From positions 8,958 to 72,957 of IMG/VR virus record IMGVR_UViG_3300002446_000068: a stretch of DNA of 64,000 bases. One strand, given 5' to 3'. Positions 46,346 to 54,420 of this stretch are shown in pieces; position 1 is the first letter of the stretch, and each line of letters opens with the position of its first letter. Under the pieces are notes generated by a model. It was not told the DNA's origin, searched no databases, and saw nothing but the letters and a program-made list of their open reading frames with translations. A program made the position numbers and the translations under genes. Source of the stretch: a virus. Its lineage: Duplodnaviria; Caudoviricetes.

Positions 46346-47666
46346 CTGTCACTTTCCCGTCCTTTACCGCTGCAAGAATCTTGCCCATGATTTCACTGTG
46401 AATGTCCTTCCACTCGCCAACCGCTTTCTCGCCAAGGACTGTCCACAGCCACTCATCGGGGTTTTCAACACCCGCACTCTTGGCCAATGCCTGAATGCTG
46501 ACGGGCACTTTTTGTTGATGTTGCGGGCCTATGACAATCTCGGGTCCGCGATCCACCACGGGGGCCGGGGCCGGGGGCTGTTCCTTTTTCACGGTCTGCT
46601 CCGTCGGTGCCCTGTCGCCAGCATAGTATTGGGGCCACCCAAATGCGGCGACCTCACTGCCCTCCGCACAGAAGGTGCGCAAGGCTTGCAACATCTCCCA
46701 CGTCAACTCATGGCCGGAGTCAATGTGGAAGTGGCGCTTGAGATGATTCTTGAATCGCGGGTGGTCAGGGCCAAAGTTCTCAATGCCCTCACCGAACTTC
46801 TTGTTGATAAGGTTATTGAACGCATCGTTGGTCACGAGCTTGCCCCAGTCAACAATGGCGTCCGCTACCTTGTCCTCACCGAACCACATCTTCACTTTCT
46901 TCTGGTCGTCTACCGGTGGGACATCGTCCTTGGGGGCCATCTGCTTGTAGTAGTCGCCCATCATCTTGGTGAACCCCTTGGAATCGCTAAGGGTAGACGC
47001 CCACTTCATGGCCCCCATGCCGTCGGGGTCGGCGTAAATCTCTTTAAGAGACATGCCCTTGAACTTCTTGTCCTTGCCCCAACCCCACTCGCACACAGCG
47101 TCGCCCAAGTCTGTCGTGCCGGATGGCTCTGGGTCCTCTGCATACTTGGTGGCACGGCTGGACATATCCTCATAGCCGAGCACCTGTGCCGTGCGCTCAT
47201 CAAAGTACAGCTCCGCACCCAGGGCGCGACCTACCCGCATCAGGGCGTTTTTGATTGCGTCCGACAGTGAGGACTTGGCCGCTGTGTCCATCTGCTGCGG
47301 TTTCACCGGCTCATAGCTGCTGGTCCGAGAGTTGTACGGGGCCTGCGCTACGCCAACTCCACGCCCGATACGGGAGAACCGTATCTCATTGGCCTTGTCG
47401 TCCGTCACAACAAACATCACCTTCACGGTTGTGATGAACACCCAGTCGCCAAAGGCCAGACCAGGCTTGAGCAGTTCAATGTGGTCGTCCGACAGAATAA
47501 AAATGTCCTCAATGCCGTCGATGCCAAAGATTTCATTGGCAAGCTGCATCGCGTATTGGGCGGTGATATAGTCCCCATACACCCCCCTCTGCGGGTCGGC
47601 GGGATGGATGACGTTCGGCGGTATGGGCTTGGCCAGTGCGTCATTCACTACTTGCAGACTGTTCAC
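46290..47666 (-). CDS. Rad52/Rad22 (Sak-like) single-strand annealing protein with extended C-terminus
   Basis: YITAQYAMQLANEIFGIDG; AAKSSLSDAIKNAL...GAELY. Confidence 0.85.
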   Translation of the reverse strand: MNSLQVVNDALAKPIPPNVIHPADPQRGVYGDYITAQYAMQLANEIFGIDGIEDIFILSDDHIELLKPGLAFGDWVFITTVKVMFVVTDDKANEIRFSRIGRGVGVAQAPYNSRTSSYEPVKPQQMDTAAKSSLSDAIKNALMRVGRALGAELYFDERTAQVLGYEDMSSRATKYAEDPEPSGTTDLGDAVCEWGWGKDKKFKGMSLKEIYADPDGMGAMKWASTLSDSKGFTKMMGDYYKQMAPKDDVPPVDDQKKVKMWFGEDKVADAIVDWGKLVTNDAFNNLINKKFGEGIENFGPDHPRFKNHLKRHFHIDSGHELTWEMLQALRTFCAEGSEVAAFGWPQYYAGDRAPTEQTVKKEQPPAPAPVVDRGPEIVIGPQHQQKVPVSIQALAKSAGVENPDEWLWTVLGEKAVGEWKDIHSEIMGKILAAVKDGKVTDVSTAAIMWEVGLGQFAK

Positions 47667-48042
47667 GTTCCCTCCTCATAGCTTCCATCAAGATTTTCAG
47701 GACGTTGGCGGCGTGCTCCGCTTCGGCCTTCCGAAAGGCTACGTCCTCTTTCAACTCGATCACCCGCTGCTGCTTGGCACTCACCAACTCGGCGCTGTAC
47801 ACAATATAGTCGGCCTGAACCTTGCGTTGTTCCGCGTTCTTGCCGTCAATCGCACCGAGCCGGTAGGCTTCCTCCATGACGGAGGTTTCCAGCCGGTCCT
47901 TTTCGTATTGGAGAAGGGCCAGCATGGCAGCTCTGCTGATCTCCAAATTCTTTGCCTCAAGAGAGGCCACCGCCACATGATAGGCCACTCTCTCCAAACT
48001 TGTCAAATCTGACAGGATTTCTTCTACTACGTCCATTCTCAT
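47641..48042 (-). CDS. Coiled-coil protein (IDGKNAEQRK motif), possible recombination mediator
   Basis: Motif; sits between helicase and annealase. Confidence 0.55.
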   Translation of the reverse strand: MRMDVVEEILSDLTSLERVAYHVAVASLEAKNLEISRAAMLALLQYEKDRLETSVMEEAYRLGAIDGKNAEQRKVQADYIVYSAELVSAKQQRVIELKEDVAFRKAEAEHAANVLKILMEAMRREREQSASSE

Positions 48043-48056
48043 TCCTTCCTTTTTAG

Positions 48057-49301
48057 CTACACACGACTCCAAAAACTTCTGGTCTTTCTGTCGTGCTGGA
48101 GGGTGAACTCCCAATCCAACAGATTGTCGTCGATGTATGTCGGTGGTAACTTGTCCTTCTTGACCTTGAAAAACTCTGTGTCCGGCTCCAACCAATGGCG
48201 CATCATAATCACCACCTGGTCTGCCGCATGGTAGACACGCGCCGAGCCAAACGGGCTTGGGTTACTCACATTGTGTGTGTTGCGGAACTCATTCGCCTTG
48301 GTGTCGCTGAATTGAGCGAACACAAACGTACACACACCGTGGTCGATGCCTACATTCCGTATGCCCTCCACCAAAGAGGATAGCTCCTGGTCCTCCCTCT
48401 TTCTACCCGATGAATCATCCGGGGCTTTGAGATAGTCCCAAATGACCACACTCGGTTTCTCCCAATACACGATTCGGTCCAGGGCCTCTGCGGTGCTGTG
48501 CTTGTAGTCGTAGATTGCCAGATACCTATCCAGTTTCTGTAACTCTACAGAAGCGTCCACTTTCTGCAACCGCACTTCTCGGTCCGACCAGTTGCCCATC
48601 GGCCTTAGAACGCCAATCGCTACTTCGGTGGGCGGCATTTCTGTGGAAATGAACGCCGTCCGGATTCCCTTTTGCACCAACTGTGCGGCGATGGTGTAGG
48701 CCATTGTGGACTTGCCGTGATTGGAGATGCCGATAAACAGATTGGTGCTTGCCGACCACAACCCTCCTTTCAGAGCACGATCTAGCTGTGCTATTCCTGT
48801 ATTGCCCATGATGTCCCGCGTCTCCCTCTTGTAGTGGGTGGACGGCCTGGAATCGTAAGCACGGTCCTGCGTTAGCCCGTTAAACAGGTTGCAGGCGTAG
48901 GGCATCCACTGCCGGATTTCCTTGGGCTTGCCCTTGCGTAGATCCTGCACTTCACGGACCGCCTGGTCAAAGTCGCGCAACAGGACCGCATCTTGCAGAG
49001 GCTCGACAAACACCTCTACCTTGTTGCCCGGTGGCGCTGGCTCTTTCCAGATAGCCAGCAGGTCTTTCCACCTCTCGGGTGGAACCCCATTGTTGGAGAA
49101 CGACATAATGGAAAGAGGGTCTATCTCTTTCCCTGTCATCCTCAAACGGATAGAGGATTCTATAGCCGACCCATACAGCGGGTCGGAGAACCACCTTCGC
49201 GTTACCCCCCTCTGTATCAGAAGGTCTACAGTGGCGGGGTCTTTTGCAATCCATCTGACAACCGATTCTTCGGCGGGGATGTTCTTTGTTGGGTCTGCCA
49301 T
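48057..49301 (-). CDS. DnaB-like replicative helicase
   Basis: Walker A GISNHGKST, FISTEM, VIWDYL, FAQF, AADQV. Confidence 0.85.
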   Translation of the reverse strand: MADPTKNIPAEESVVRWIAKDPATVDLLIQRGVTRRWFSDPLYGSAIESSIRLRMTGKEIDPLSIMSFSNNGVPPERWKDLLAIWKEPAPPGNKVEVFVEPLQDAVLLRDFDQAVREVQDLRKGKPKEIRQWMPYACNLFNGLTQDRAYDSRPSTHYKRETRDIMGNTGIAQLDRALKGGLWSASTNLFIGISNHGKSTMAYTIAAQLVQKGIRTAFISTEMPPTEVAIGVLRPMGNWSDREVRLQKVDASVELQKLDRYLAIYDYKHSTAEALDRIVYWEKPSVVIWDYLKAPDDSSGRKREDQELSSLVEGIRNVGIDHGVCTFVFAQFSDTKANEFRNTHNVSNPSPFGSARVYHAADQVVIMMRHWLEPDTEFFKVKKDKLPPTYIDDNLLDWEFTLQHDRKTRSFWSRV

Positions 49302-49804
49302 TTACGGACACTCTCCTTATGCTTGCGCTCACCGATTATGTCCATCAACCAAGGCACTTCGTTCGGGTCGCGCCGAATGTAGAGTCCGTCCCAATCTCCC
49401 CTTTCTATTGCCAGTTTCCCCCATTGCCGGACCCACTCATCAAAATCACAAGAGTAAATAGGCGGCATAGGAGGCGGGGAGACAAACCTCTCGATAAGAG
49501 GAGGCTCGCCCCACAAGTACAGAATCTCCATGCCCTGGATAGAACCCTTGGGCAAATCGTCTATGTCGTACCCAAAGGCTTTGTAGTCCCTTCTCTTGAG
49601 AGCAGCCAGTGCGGCTATCACCGCATCGTAGTCGTACTTCATTTCTTTGAGAAGGCGGCTTGCTGTTTTCATGTGCCGCCCACGGTAGTCGGCGGGGGTC
49701 ATCTTGCGCCCCATCACTACGGTGATAAAATACACAGCCAGGTCACGAACCTTGTTGTTGCTCACGCCAATACTCCATAGGCCACCAAAATTCAAACCCC
49801 TCAA
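49226..49804 (-). CDS. Hypothetical protein upstream of the helicase (possible initiator or loader)
   Basis: Position only. Confidence 0.5.
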   Translation of the reverse strand: MRGLNFGGLWSIGVSNNKVRDLAVYFITVVMGRKMTPADYRGRHMKTASRLLKEMKYDYDAVIAALAALKRRDYKAFGYDIDDLPKGSIQGMEILYLWGEPPLIERFVSPPPMPPIYSCDFDEWVRQWGKLAIERGDWDGLYIRRDPNEVPWLMDIIGERKHKESVRKWQTQQRTSPPKNRLSDGLQKTPPL

Positions 49805-49929
49805 GCGTTAGCCCAAAGGGATCAGACGTGATGCGCACCTTCACTTGGAGTCGCCACTGGCTCACATCCAAAACCTTGCCGGTTAGCGCGGGGGCCGTCC
49901 TCCAGTACACGTGCGTTCCCTCTTGTATC

Positions 49930-49957
49930 ATTATACACCTTCCACGCTATTTGTTAA
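49930..49957 (-). promoter_or_regulatory. Promoter TTAACA-N16-TATAAT
   Basis: Minus strand ttaaca aatagcgtggaaggtg tataat. Confidence 0.6.
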
Positions 49958-50280
49958 TCGAGTTCTAGTTTGACGGCAAAATCGTGGTAGTGACCAAGGC
50001 TACAGTGAGGAGAAAGGTGATACGTCTCTATCCCAAATTTCACGTAGATGCCCGGACTGTCGCTCCAAGATGTTGTACACTCATATTGCTTTAGCACCTT
50101 GTCGGGCAGCACATACCCGGGCCGATAGACCACACGCTTGACCTTGAATCCAGCAAACTCTAAATAGACTGGCGCATACCCATCAGGGATACGCCTTACT
50201 ACAAACGGCGGGAGCTGCCGTACTGGAATACGCCAGTTTGTTGCCAGTTGTTTGATAACGCGGATAATGCTGTCGTCCAT
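49954..50280 (-). CDS. Hypothetical protein
   Basis: ORF track. Confidence 0.5.
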   Translation of the reverse strand: MDDSIIRVIKQLATNWRIPVRQLPPFVVRRIPDGYAPVYLEFAGFKVKRVVYRPGYVLPDKVLKQYECTTSWSDSPGIYVKFGIETYHLSPHCSLGHYHDFAVKLELD

Positions 50281-50816
50281 TGAATGGTATCCTTGGCCTT
50301 GCGACGTACCGAATCCAACACCTTGCCAGCCGTTACGTGGCTGACTCCAAGTAGCTTGCCCAAGTCCCTATACGTGACCTTCTTGTTGTCCGCATTTGAC
50401 ATAAGGACATAGGCCAAACAGTCCCGTTCCTGTGCTGTGAGTGACACCCACAGCGGCTTGTACCAGCACGGCACGGGTGCATCCATCTCAAACGGGTCTA
50501 CAAAATCAACACTTGGTGAACTGACCATCCACGGCTCCTCAGCGTAATCGTCGGTGAATTCAACGGGCAGTTCAACTTCCTTGGCACGGAACCTGTCCCC
50601 AAGATACCACTTGGCATGATTGACCAGGTAGGTTTCCAGGCTCGCCCTGCGCGGGTCATAGTCTCCAAGCTCACATGCTGTGAATAGGGCATGTTCCAAG
50701 ACATCATCATAAAGGTGGGATGCTCCCTTCACAGCGCATAGCCTCTTGATTTTCAGCTCCGTTGACGGAAGGTGTACTGCCAACATCGGGTCCATCCACA
50801 TCAAATCCCTGCTCAT
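50199..50816 (-). CDS. Sigma70/ECF-like sigma factor or sigma-4 HTH regulator
   Basis: YDPRRASLETYL (region 2-like); SLTAQERDCL..VTYRDLGKLLGVSHVT (region 4). Confidence 0.75.
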   Translation of the reverse strand: MSRDLMWMDPMLAVHLPSTELKIKRLCAVKGASHLYDDVLEHALFTACELGDYDPRRASLETYLVNHAKWYLGDRFRAKEVELPVEFTDDYAEEPWMVSSPSVDFVDPFEMDAPVPCWYKPLWVSLTAQERDCLAYVLMSNADNKKVTYRDLGKLLGVSHVTAGKVLDSVRRKAKDTIQWTTALSALSNNWQQTGVFQYGSSRRL

Positions 50817-50958
50817 TCAACCACTCCTTGTACGATTTGATTCGGTGTAATCCCTTGATAAATTCGTAGCAGTGGTACACTACATAATCCCTCTTTGTCG
50901 GAGGGACACCCAACAAGGCAGCGGCTTCCACTTTGCGGATATAGTGTGCCCTATCCAC
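50707..50958 (-). CDS. Hypothetical protein
   Basis: ORF track; start inferred. Confidence 0.45.
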   Translation of the reverse strand: MDRAHYIRKVEAAALLGVPPTKRDYVVYHCYEFIKGLHRIKSYKEWLNEQGFDVDGPDVGSTPSVNGAENQEAMRCEGSIPPL

Positions 50959-51014
50959 CTGGTGGTCCGCTACCTCCCTCTGTCTCATCATGCGCGACCA
51001 GTACATAACGCCTC

Positions 51015-51098
51015 CGCTTGGGGCAAGCGCCCACTGTCCCAGCTATCTCAAACCCACACAAGTACCCTTTAAGGGTACTGACTGGGACAGCCACGCCC
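51015..51098 (-). ncRNA. Structured intergenic element
   Basis: CTGTCCCAG/CTGGGACAG 9-bp stem enclosing an 8-bp AGTACCCT/AGGGTACT hairpin, plus a CGCTTG/CAAGCG hairpin. Confidence 0.45.
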
Positions 51099-51428
51099 TT
51101 ATTGGGCACCAGGCAAAGATGCCGCACTCTGCATCTTACGAACAATTCCCCTGGCGGCTCTTTTGGTGGCATACTCCAATCCAACCTCACTGTCCCACTT
51201 ATCGTGGCCGGACACCTTGGCAAATCCAGTGGAATGAAAAAAGCCTCCCTCTCCGTCATCCATAAACAACACGACACAGGTGTAGGGCTGCTTCTGGGTG
51301 AATTGCCCGTGCAGGCTCAGGGCGCTGTCTACAAATGCAAAGGTCTCATACCCAACAACAAGTTCTCTGCCACGAAGCCTCTCCTTGACCGACTGGACGA
51401 TTTCTTCCACCAAATCCTTGTACATCAT
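51099..51428 (-). CDS. Conserved phage hypothetical protein
   Basis: GFAKVSGHDKWDSEVG...A.KRA. Confidence 0.6.
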   Translation of the reverse strand: MMYKDLVEEIVQSVKERLRGRELVVGYETFAFVDSALSLHGQFTQKQPYTCVVLFMDDGEGGFFHSTGFAKVSGHDKWDSEVGLEYATKRAARGIVRKMQSAASLPGAQ

Positions 51429-51485
51429 CCTCTCCTCATCTACACCATGCAAAAGCCTGGGGTTTTGACACCCCAGGCCCATTCG

Positions 51486-53135
51486 CTACCACGTGGCAAA
51501 GTCGCTGATTAGCTGCGGTGCAGCCGTATCGTACCCGACCACATCCACCATCCCACCATCATTGGGGTCCGCAATTGAGAACCCCGTGCTGGTCATGCCG
51601 ACCACTGCCAACTTGGCCGGAATGCCCATCTCACGCCGGTACTGCTTGAGGGCCTGTACAGGATGAATGCGACCGGCCCACGTTTCGTGGTCGGTATAGA
51701 CAACGAATGTATCAATGGGCGTCTTGGTTTCCGTCGCGTAAATCATCGGCAGGGAACAGTCGGTCCCGCCAAAGGGCAGGTTGTCCACTTCCCGCACCAC
51801 ATCATCCAGCCGTTGTCGCGGCGAGATGTTCAGCACCGATAGCGCGTCCCGGCCGCTACCGCTAGTGAACCCCACAAACATATGATTGGGTTCCACCTTT
51901 GCGGTGATGAGGGCCATCGCCGCCGACCCCACTCTCGGGGTTACGCCGGTCATGCCTGCAATCTCACCACACGTCATGCTCCCTGATACGTCTAGGGCCA
52001 GCATCCAGCGCTTGCCGGTGCTTTCGACGTTGCCGAACGCCTGATAGAACGCATCATCTAATGCGTCTATAATCTGTGGTACAGGCTCCCAGGTCTTGAC
52101 ATCCGAATCGGAAACACGACCCCTGCTGTGATAGCCCACCGCACGTCCACGGGCCACCCCTGCCCCACCCTTGTAGGTATTCAGGGCCACCAGAATGGTG
52201 AGGGGATGGACCTTGGCGCGGAGCACAGCCTCACTGTCCAGCCGCGCGGCCACCAGGCTTGTAGCCGCCGACATCGGGGCCAGCAGACCCACACGAGTCA
52301 TGTTCGCCAGATTACGAATCATGGCCGTCATGGGCATTTCTTCCAGCAGGGCCGCCCACACTTCCTTATCGGTCAGCCACTCGGTCGGAATCATTTCGCG
52401 GGTCAGCTTGTAGTCGCGGATATACTTGACAATCTGTGACGTCGTTTTGGCCCGCTTGGCCGACTCATACCCCACGATGGTGGGTATGTCGCTCGACGGG
52501 TCGGGCAAAGCGCCCTTCACCACCCAGGCAAAGATGTCCTGGTAGATTTCCTCCGTCGGATCCGGGTGAGACAGCCGCAGCAAGTCTCGGTGGGACCAGC
52601 CCTCCCGCTGTTGATACTTGACGACCTGGTAGGCCAAGTGCGCCGGGCTTTTGCTCAAGTACCAGTTGGCCACGGCCTCGCGCAGCGACCGCCCCCAGCC
52701 CCGAAAGTGCTCCACATAATCCACGTACTTGAACAAGTGGGCACCGGTACGCGCCACAAGCGGCAGGCTTTCGAGTGCGTACAGACTTGCAAGCCCGGAG
52801 CACTCCGGCGATGACGCCAATGCCAATGCGAACAGGGCAGCGTCGTTCTTGGGCGCACGCCCTACCCTGCTCACTTCGACGATACGGTCCACCGTCCGTC
52901 GCCCATCCGCTTTGAGGCAGCGGATAACGCATTCTGCATTCGCAACAGTTAGCTCCGCCGCACTTGCGTAGTAGGTGGGGGAGTCCGACCCCAGGATAAG
53001 GAACCGGTCCAGCCTGGCCCAGTCGTCCAGGGCAAAGGCAAACCCACCCGCACTATTGCGCACCTGGTCGGTGCCGGGGATGGGTTGGGATTGCGGCGTC
53101 TGCCGCGTGGAAAAAGCGTCCGTGTACTTCATCAT
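51486..53135 (-). CDS. rsr: Ro60/TROVE RNA-binding protein with vWA domain
   Basis: NSAGGFAFALDDWARLDRFLILGS, KYQQREGWSHRDLLRLSHP, vWA ALDVSGSM, YTDHETW, GFSIADP..D.GM.DVVG.D; AAAGGAGG RBS. Confidence 0.97.
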   Translation of the reverse strand: MMKYTDAFSTRQTPQSQPIPGTDQVRNSAGGFAFALDDWARLDRFLILGSDSPTYYASAAELTVANAECVIRCLKADGRRTVDRIVEVSRVGRAPKNDAALFALALASSPECSGLASLYALESLPLVARTGAHLFKYVDYVEHFRGWGRSLREAVANWYLSKSPAHLAYQVVKYQQREGWSHRDLLRLSHPDPTEEIYQDIFAWVVKGALPDPSSDIPTIVGYESAKRAKTTSQIVKYIRDYKLTREMIPTEWLTDKEVWAALLEEMPMTAMIRNLANMTRVGLLAPMSAATSLVAARLDSEAVLRAKVHPLTILVALNTYKGGAGVARGRAVGYHSRGRVSDSDVKTWEPVPQIIDALDDAFYQAFGNVESTGKRWMLALDVSGSMTCGEIAGMTGVTPRVGSAAMALITAKVEPNHMFVGFTSGSGRDALSVLNISPRQRLDDVVREVDNLPFGGTDCSLPMIYATETKTPIDTFVVYTDHETWAGRIHPVQALKQYRREMGIPAKLAVVGMTSTGFSIADPNDGGMVDVVGYDTAAPQLISDFATW

Positions 53136-53157
53136 CGACCCTCCTTTGGGATAAATT

Positions 53158-53185
53158 GGCGTGTGGAGCCGAAACCCCACACGCC
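53158..53185 (-). other. Stable 11-bp hairpin between the Y RNA array and the rsr RBS
   Basis: GGCGTGTGGGG-TTTCGG-CTCCACACGCC. Confidence 0.6.
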
Positions 53186-53218
53186 TGACTATTTGGGGCA
53201 TCCACCCCGGAACGCTTG

Positions 53219-53286
53219 GTGGGCTAGTATTTGTAGTCGGGAATTTCATACCCGAAGTGTTTGATAACCGACCACATCCGGCCCAC
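53219..53286 (-). ncRNA. Y RNA 4 (canonical, end-paired, 68 nt)
   Basis: GTGGGC/GCCCAC stem, CGGA internal loop, TGTGGTCGG/CCGACTACA stem, TTATC loop start; TATAAT at 53296-53291 just upstream. Confidence 0.8.
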
Positions 53287-53326
53287 ACATATTATAAACG
53301 CTGTGCGTTTAATATCATCTCTTATA

Positions 53327-53384
53327 CGGGCGAATGATTGTGGTGGGAGATTCTTATGATAGATAACCCACCAACTCCGGCCCG
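53327..53384 (-). ncRNA. Y RNA 3 (canonical, minimal, 58 nt)
   Basis: CGGGC/GCCCG stem, CGGAGT loop, TGGTGGG/CCCACCA stem, TTATC. Confidence 0.75.
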
Positions 53385-53394
53385 AGCTTTCCTG

Positions 53395-53524
53395 TGGAGA
53401 GAAGTGGGATTTGAACCCACATCACTCGATTACAAGTCGATAACCGATAACCTCCGGCCCACCTACCGTTAGGGCTAAACATGGCATCGGTGTTTCAGTG
53501 CTCTACCATTGAGCTATTCTCTCC
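53395..53524 (-). ncRNA. yrlA: YrlA-type tRNA-mimic Y RNA 2
   Basis: GGAGAGAA/TTCTCTCC acceptor, GCTC-AATGGTA-GAGC D arm, GTGGG-TTCAAAT-CCCAC T arm, internal GCCC/GGGC + CGGA + ACCGATGCC/GGTTATCGGT Ro-binding helix. Confidence 0.85.
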
Positions 53525-53530
53525 ATGTAG

Positions 53531-53655
53531 GGAGAGGGGGCGGGAATCGAACCCACGTCCTAAGGTCCCATTAGATAACCAACCACAGTCGGCCAAATCG
53601 GCAAGGGTATTGCGGTCGGATCAACCTTATGCCTTACCACTAGGCTACCCCTCTC
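53531..53655 (-). ncRNA. yrlA: YrlA-type tRNA-mimic Y RNA 1
   Basis: GAGAGGGG/CCCCTCTC acceptor, GCCT-AGTGGTA-AGGC D arm, TAAGG/CCTTA stem, CCGACCGCA/TGTGGTTGG helix with CGAC loop, GTGGG-TTCGATT-CCCGC T arm. Confidence 0.85.
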
Positions 53656-53662
53656 ACATTCT

Positions 53663-53690
53663 ATTATAGGGAATCCACATTCCCTGTAAA
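53663..53690 (-). promoter_or_regulatory. Promoter of the Y RNA-rsr operon
   Basis: TTTACA-GGGAATGTGGATTCCC-TATAAT; predicted +1 within 1-2 nt of the Y RNA 1 5' end. Confidence 0.75.
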
Positions 53691-54125
53691 GGAGGCCCGT
53701 ACCTCCTCATAGTGGCCCATCAGGAAACTAATCTCTGTCTTTTGCCAATCCCACCAGTCGTACAGAATGTCTGGCAAGGACTGTGTGGGGTCTACCACTC
53801 TGCCGAACGCCTCTTTGATATACCGGTCCCGTCCCTCAATGTCGGCCAGGATACGGCCCACATGTTCGTCCGCCGGATACTCTGCAAGTTGCATCTCCCG
53901 TTCAATGTCAGCGGGGTCACGCATCACGTACTTGACCAGGTGGCCGCTGAACTCATGGACGATATGGGCCAATTGGGTTGTCGCTATCACCGAGTCCCCG
54001 TTGCCCACCAACACACGGTTGAGCGTCGCCATATCGCGGATATCCTCATCATCCAGCACCGGCAGGCCCAACTCTCTCGCTACTAACTCTACCCCACTAT
54101 AGGGTGGCCCTGCGACGATAATCAT
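53664..54125 (-). CDS. P-loop/sulfotransferase-fold-like protein with degenerate motif
   Basis: MIIVAGPPYSG...VMRDPADI; lacks the GKT/S lysine. Confidence 0.5.
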   Translation of the reverse strand: MIIVAGPPYSGVELVARELGLPVLDDEDIRDMATLNRVLVGNGDSVIATTQLAHIVHEFSGHLVKYVMRDPADIEREMQLAEYPADEHVGRILADIEGRDRYIKEAFGRVVDPTQSLPDILYDWWDWQKTEISFLMGHYEEVRASFTGNVDSL

Positions 54126-54215
54126 CCTGTGACCCTCATTTAAGGCTCTTTAACGGGAGAGTGGGGTGTGGCTTCCCGAGCAGGTGGGGGCTTATCCTCA
54201 CTCTCCCGTCAATCT

Positions 54216-54243
54216 ATTATAGGAAACCCACGGATTCTGTAAA
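54216..54243 (-). promoter_or_regulatory. Promoter TTTACA-N16-TATAAT
   Basis: Minus strand tttaca gaatccgtgggtttcc tataat. Confidence 0.65.
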
Positions 54244-54391
54244 TAGGCGCAGCTTCACATTCAGGAGGTTTTTTTGTCGTTCTTTATTGGGGGTTGTTTT
54301 TTCTTTACCCCACTTCTTTCTCTCTTTCGGTCTTTCTTTTCTCGGTGGTCTTTTGTGCTTCGCATACGGTAGCCTTAGTGCTAACGCACTA

Positions 54392-54420
54392 ATCCTACCG
54401 TAATCGCAAAAACTTGTCAA
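54392..54420 (-). promoter_or_regulatory. Sigma70-like promoter
   Basis: TTGACA-N17-TAGGAT. Confidence 0.6.

Noticed and set aside
46227-47270. 347-aa plus-strand ORF
   Set aside because: Antisense shadow of the Rad52-like gene; the same applies to 25343-26182, 40714-41574, 59772-60590 and 15791-16405
53395-53594. Alternative parse joining the 3' half of Y RNA 1 to the 5' half of Y RNA 2 as a permuted tRNA
   Set aside because: That acceptor stem is out of register with mismatches, whereas the chosen parse gives two perfect 8-bp stems
53219-53655. CRISPR array suggested by four spaced GATAACC...CGGCC repeats
   Set aside because: Repeats are degenerate and unevenly spaced, lie within paired RNA helices next to Ro60, and no cas genes are present
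53395-53655. Two ordinary tRNA genes
   Set aside because: They are 125-130 nt with a Ro-binding helix between the D and T arms, which fits YrlA
54217-54420. Lys/Arg-rich small ORF
   Set aside because: Its start coincides with a promoter -35 box, it has no RBS, and it is low-complexity purine sequence
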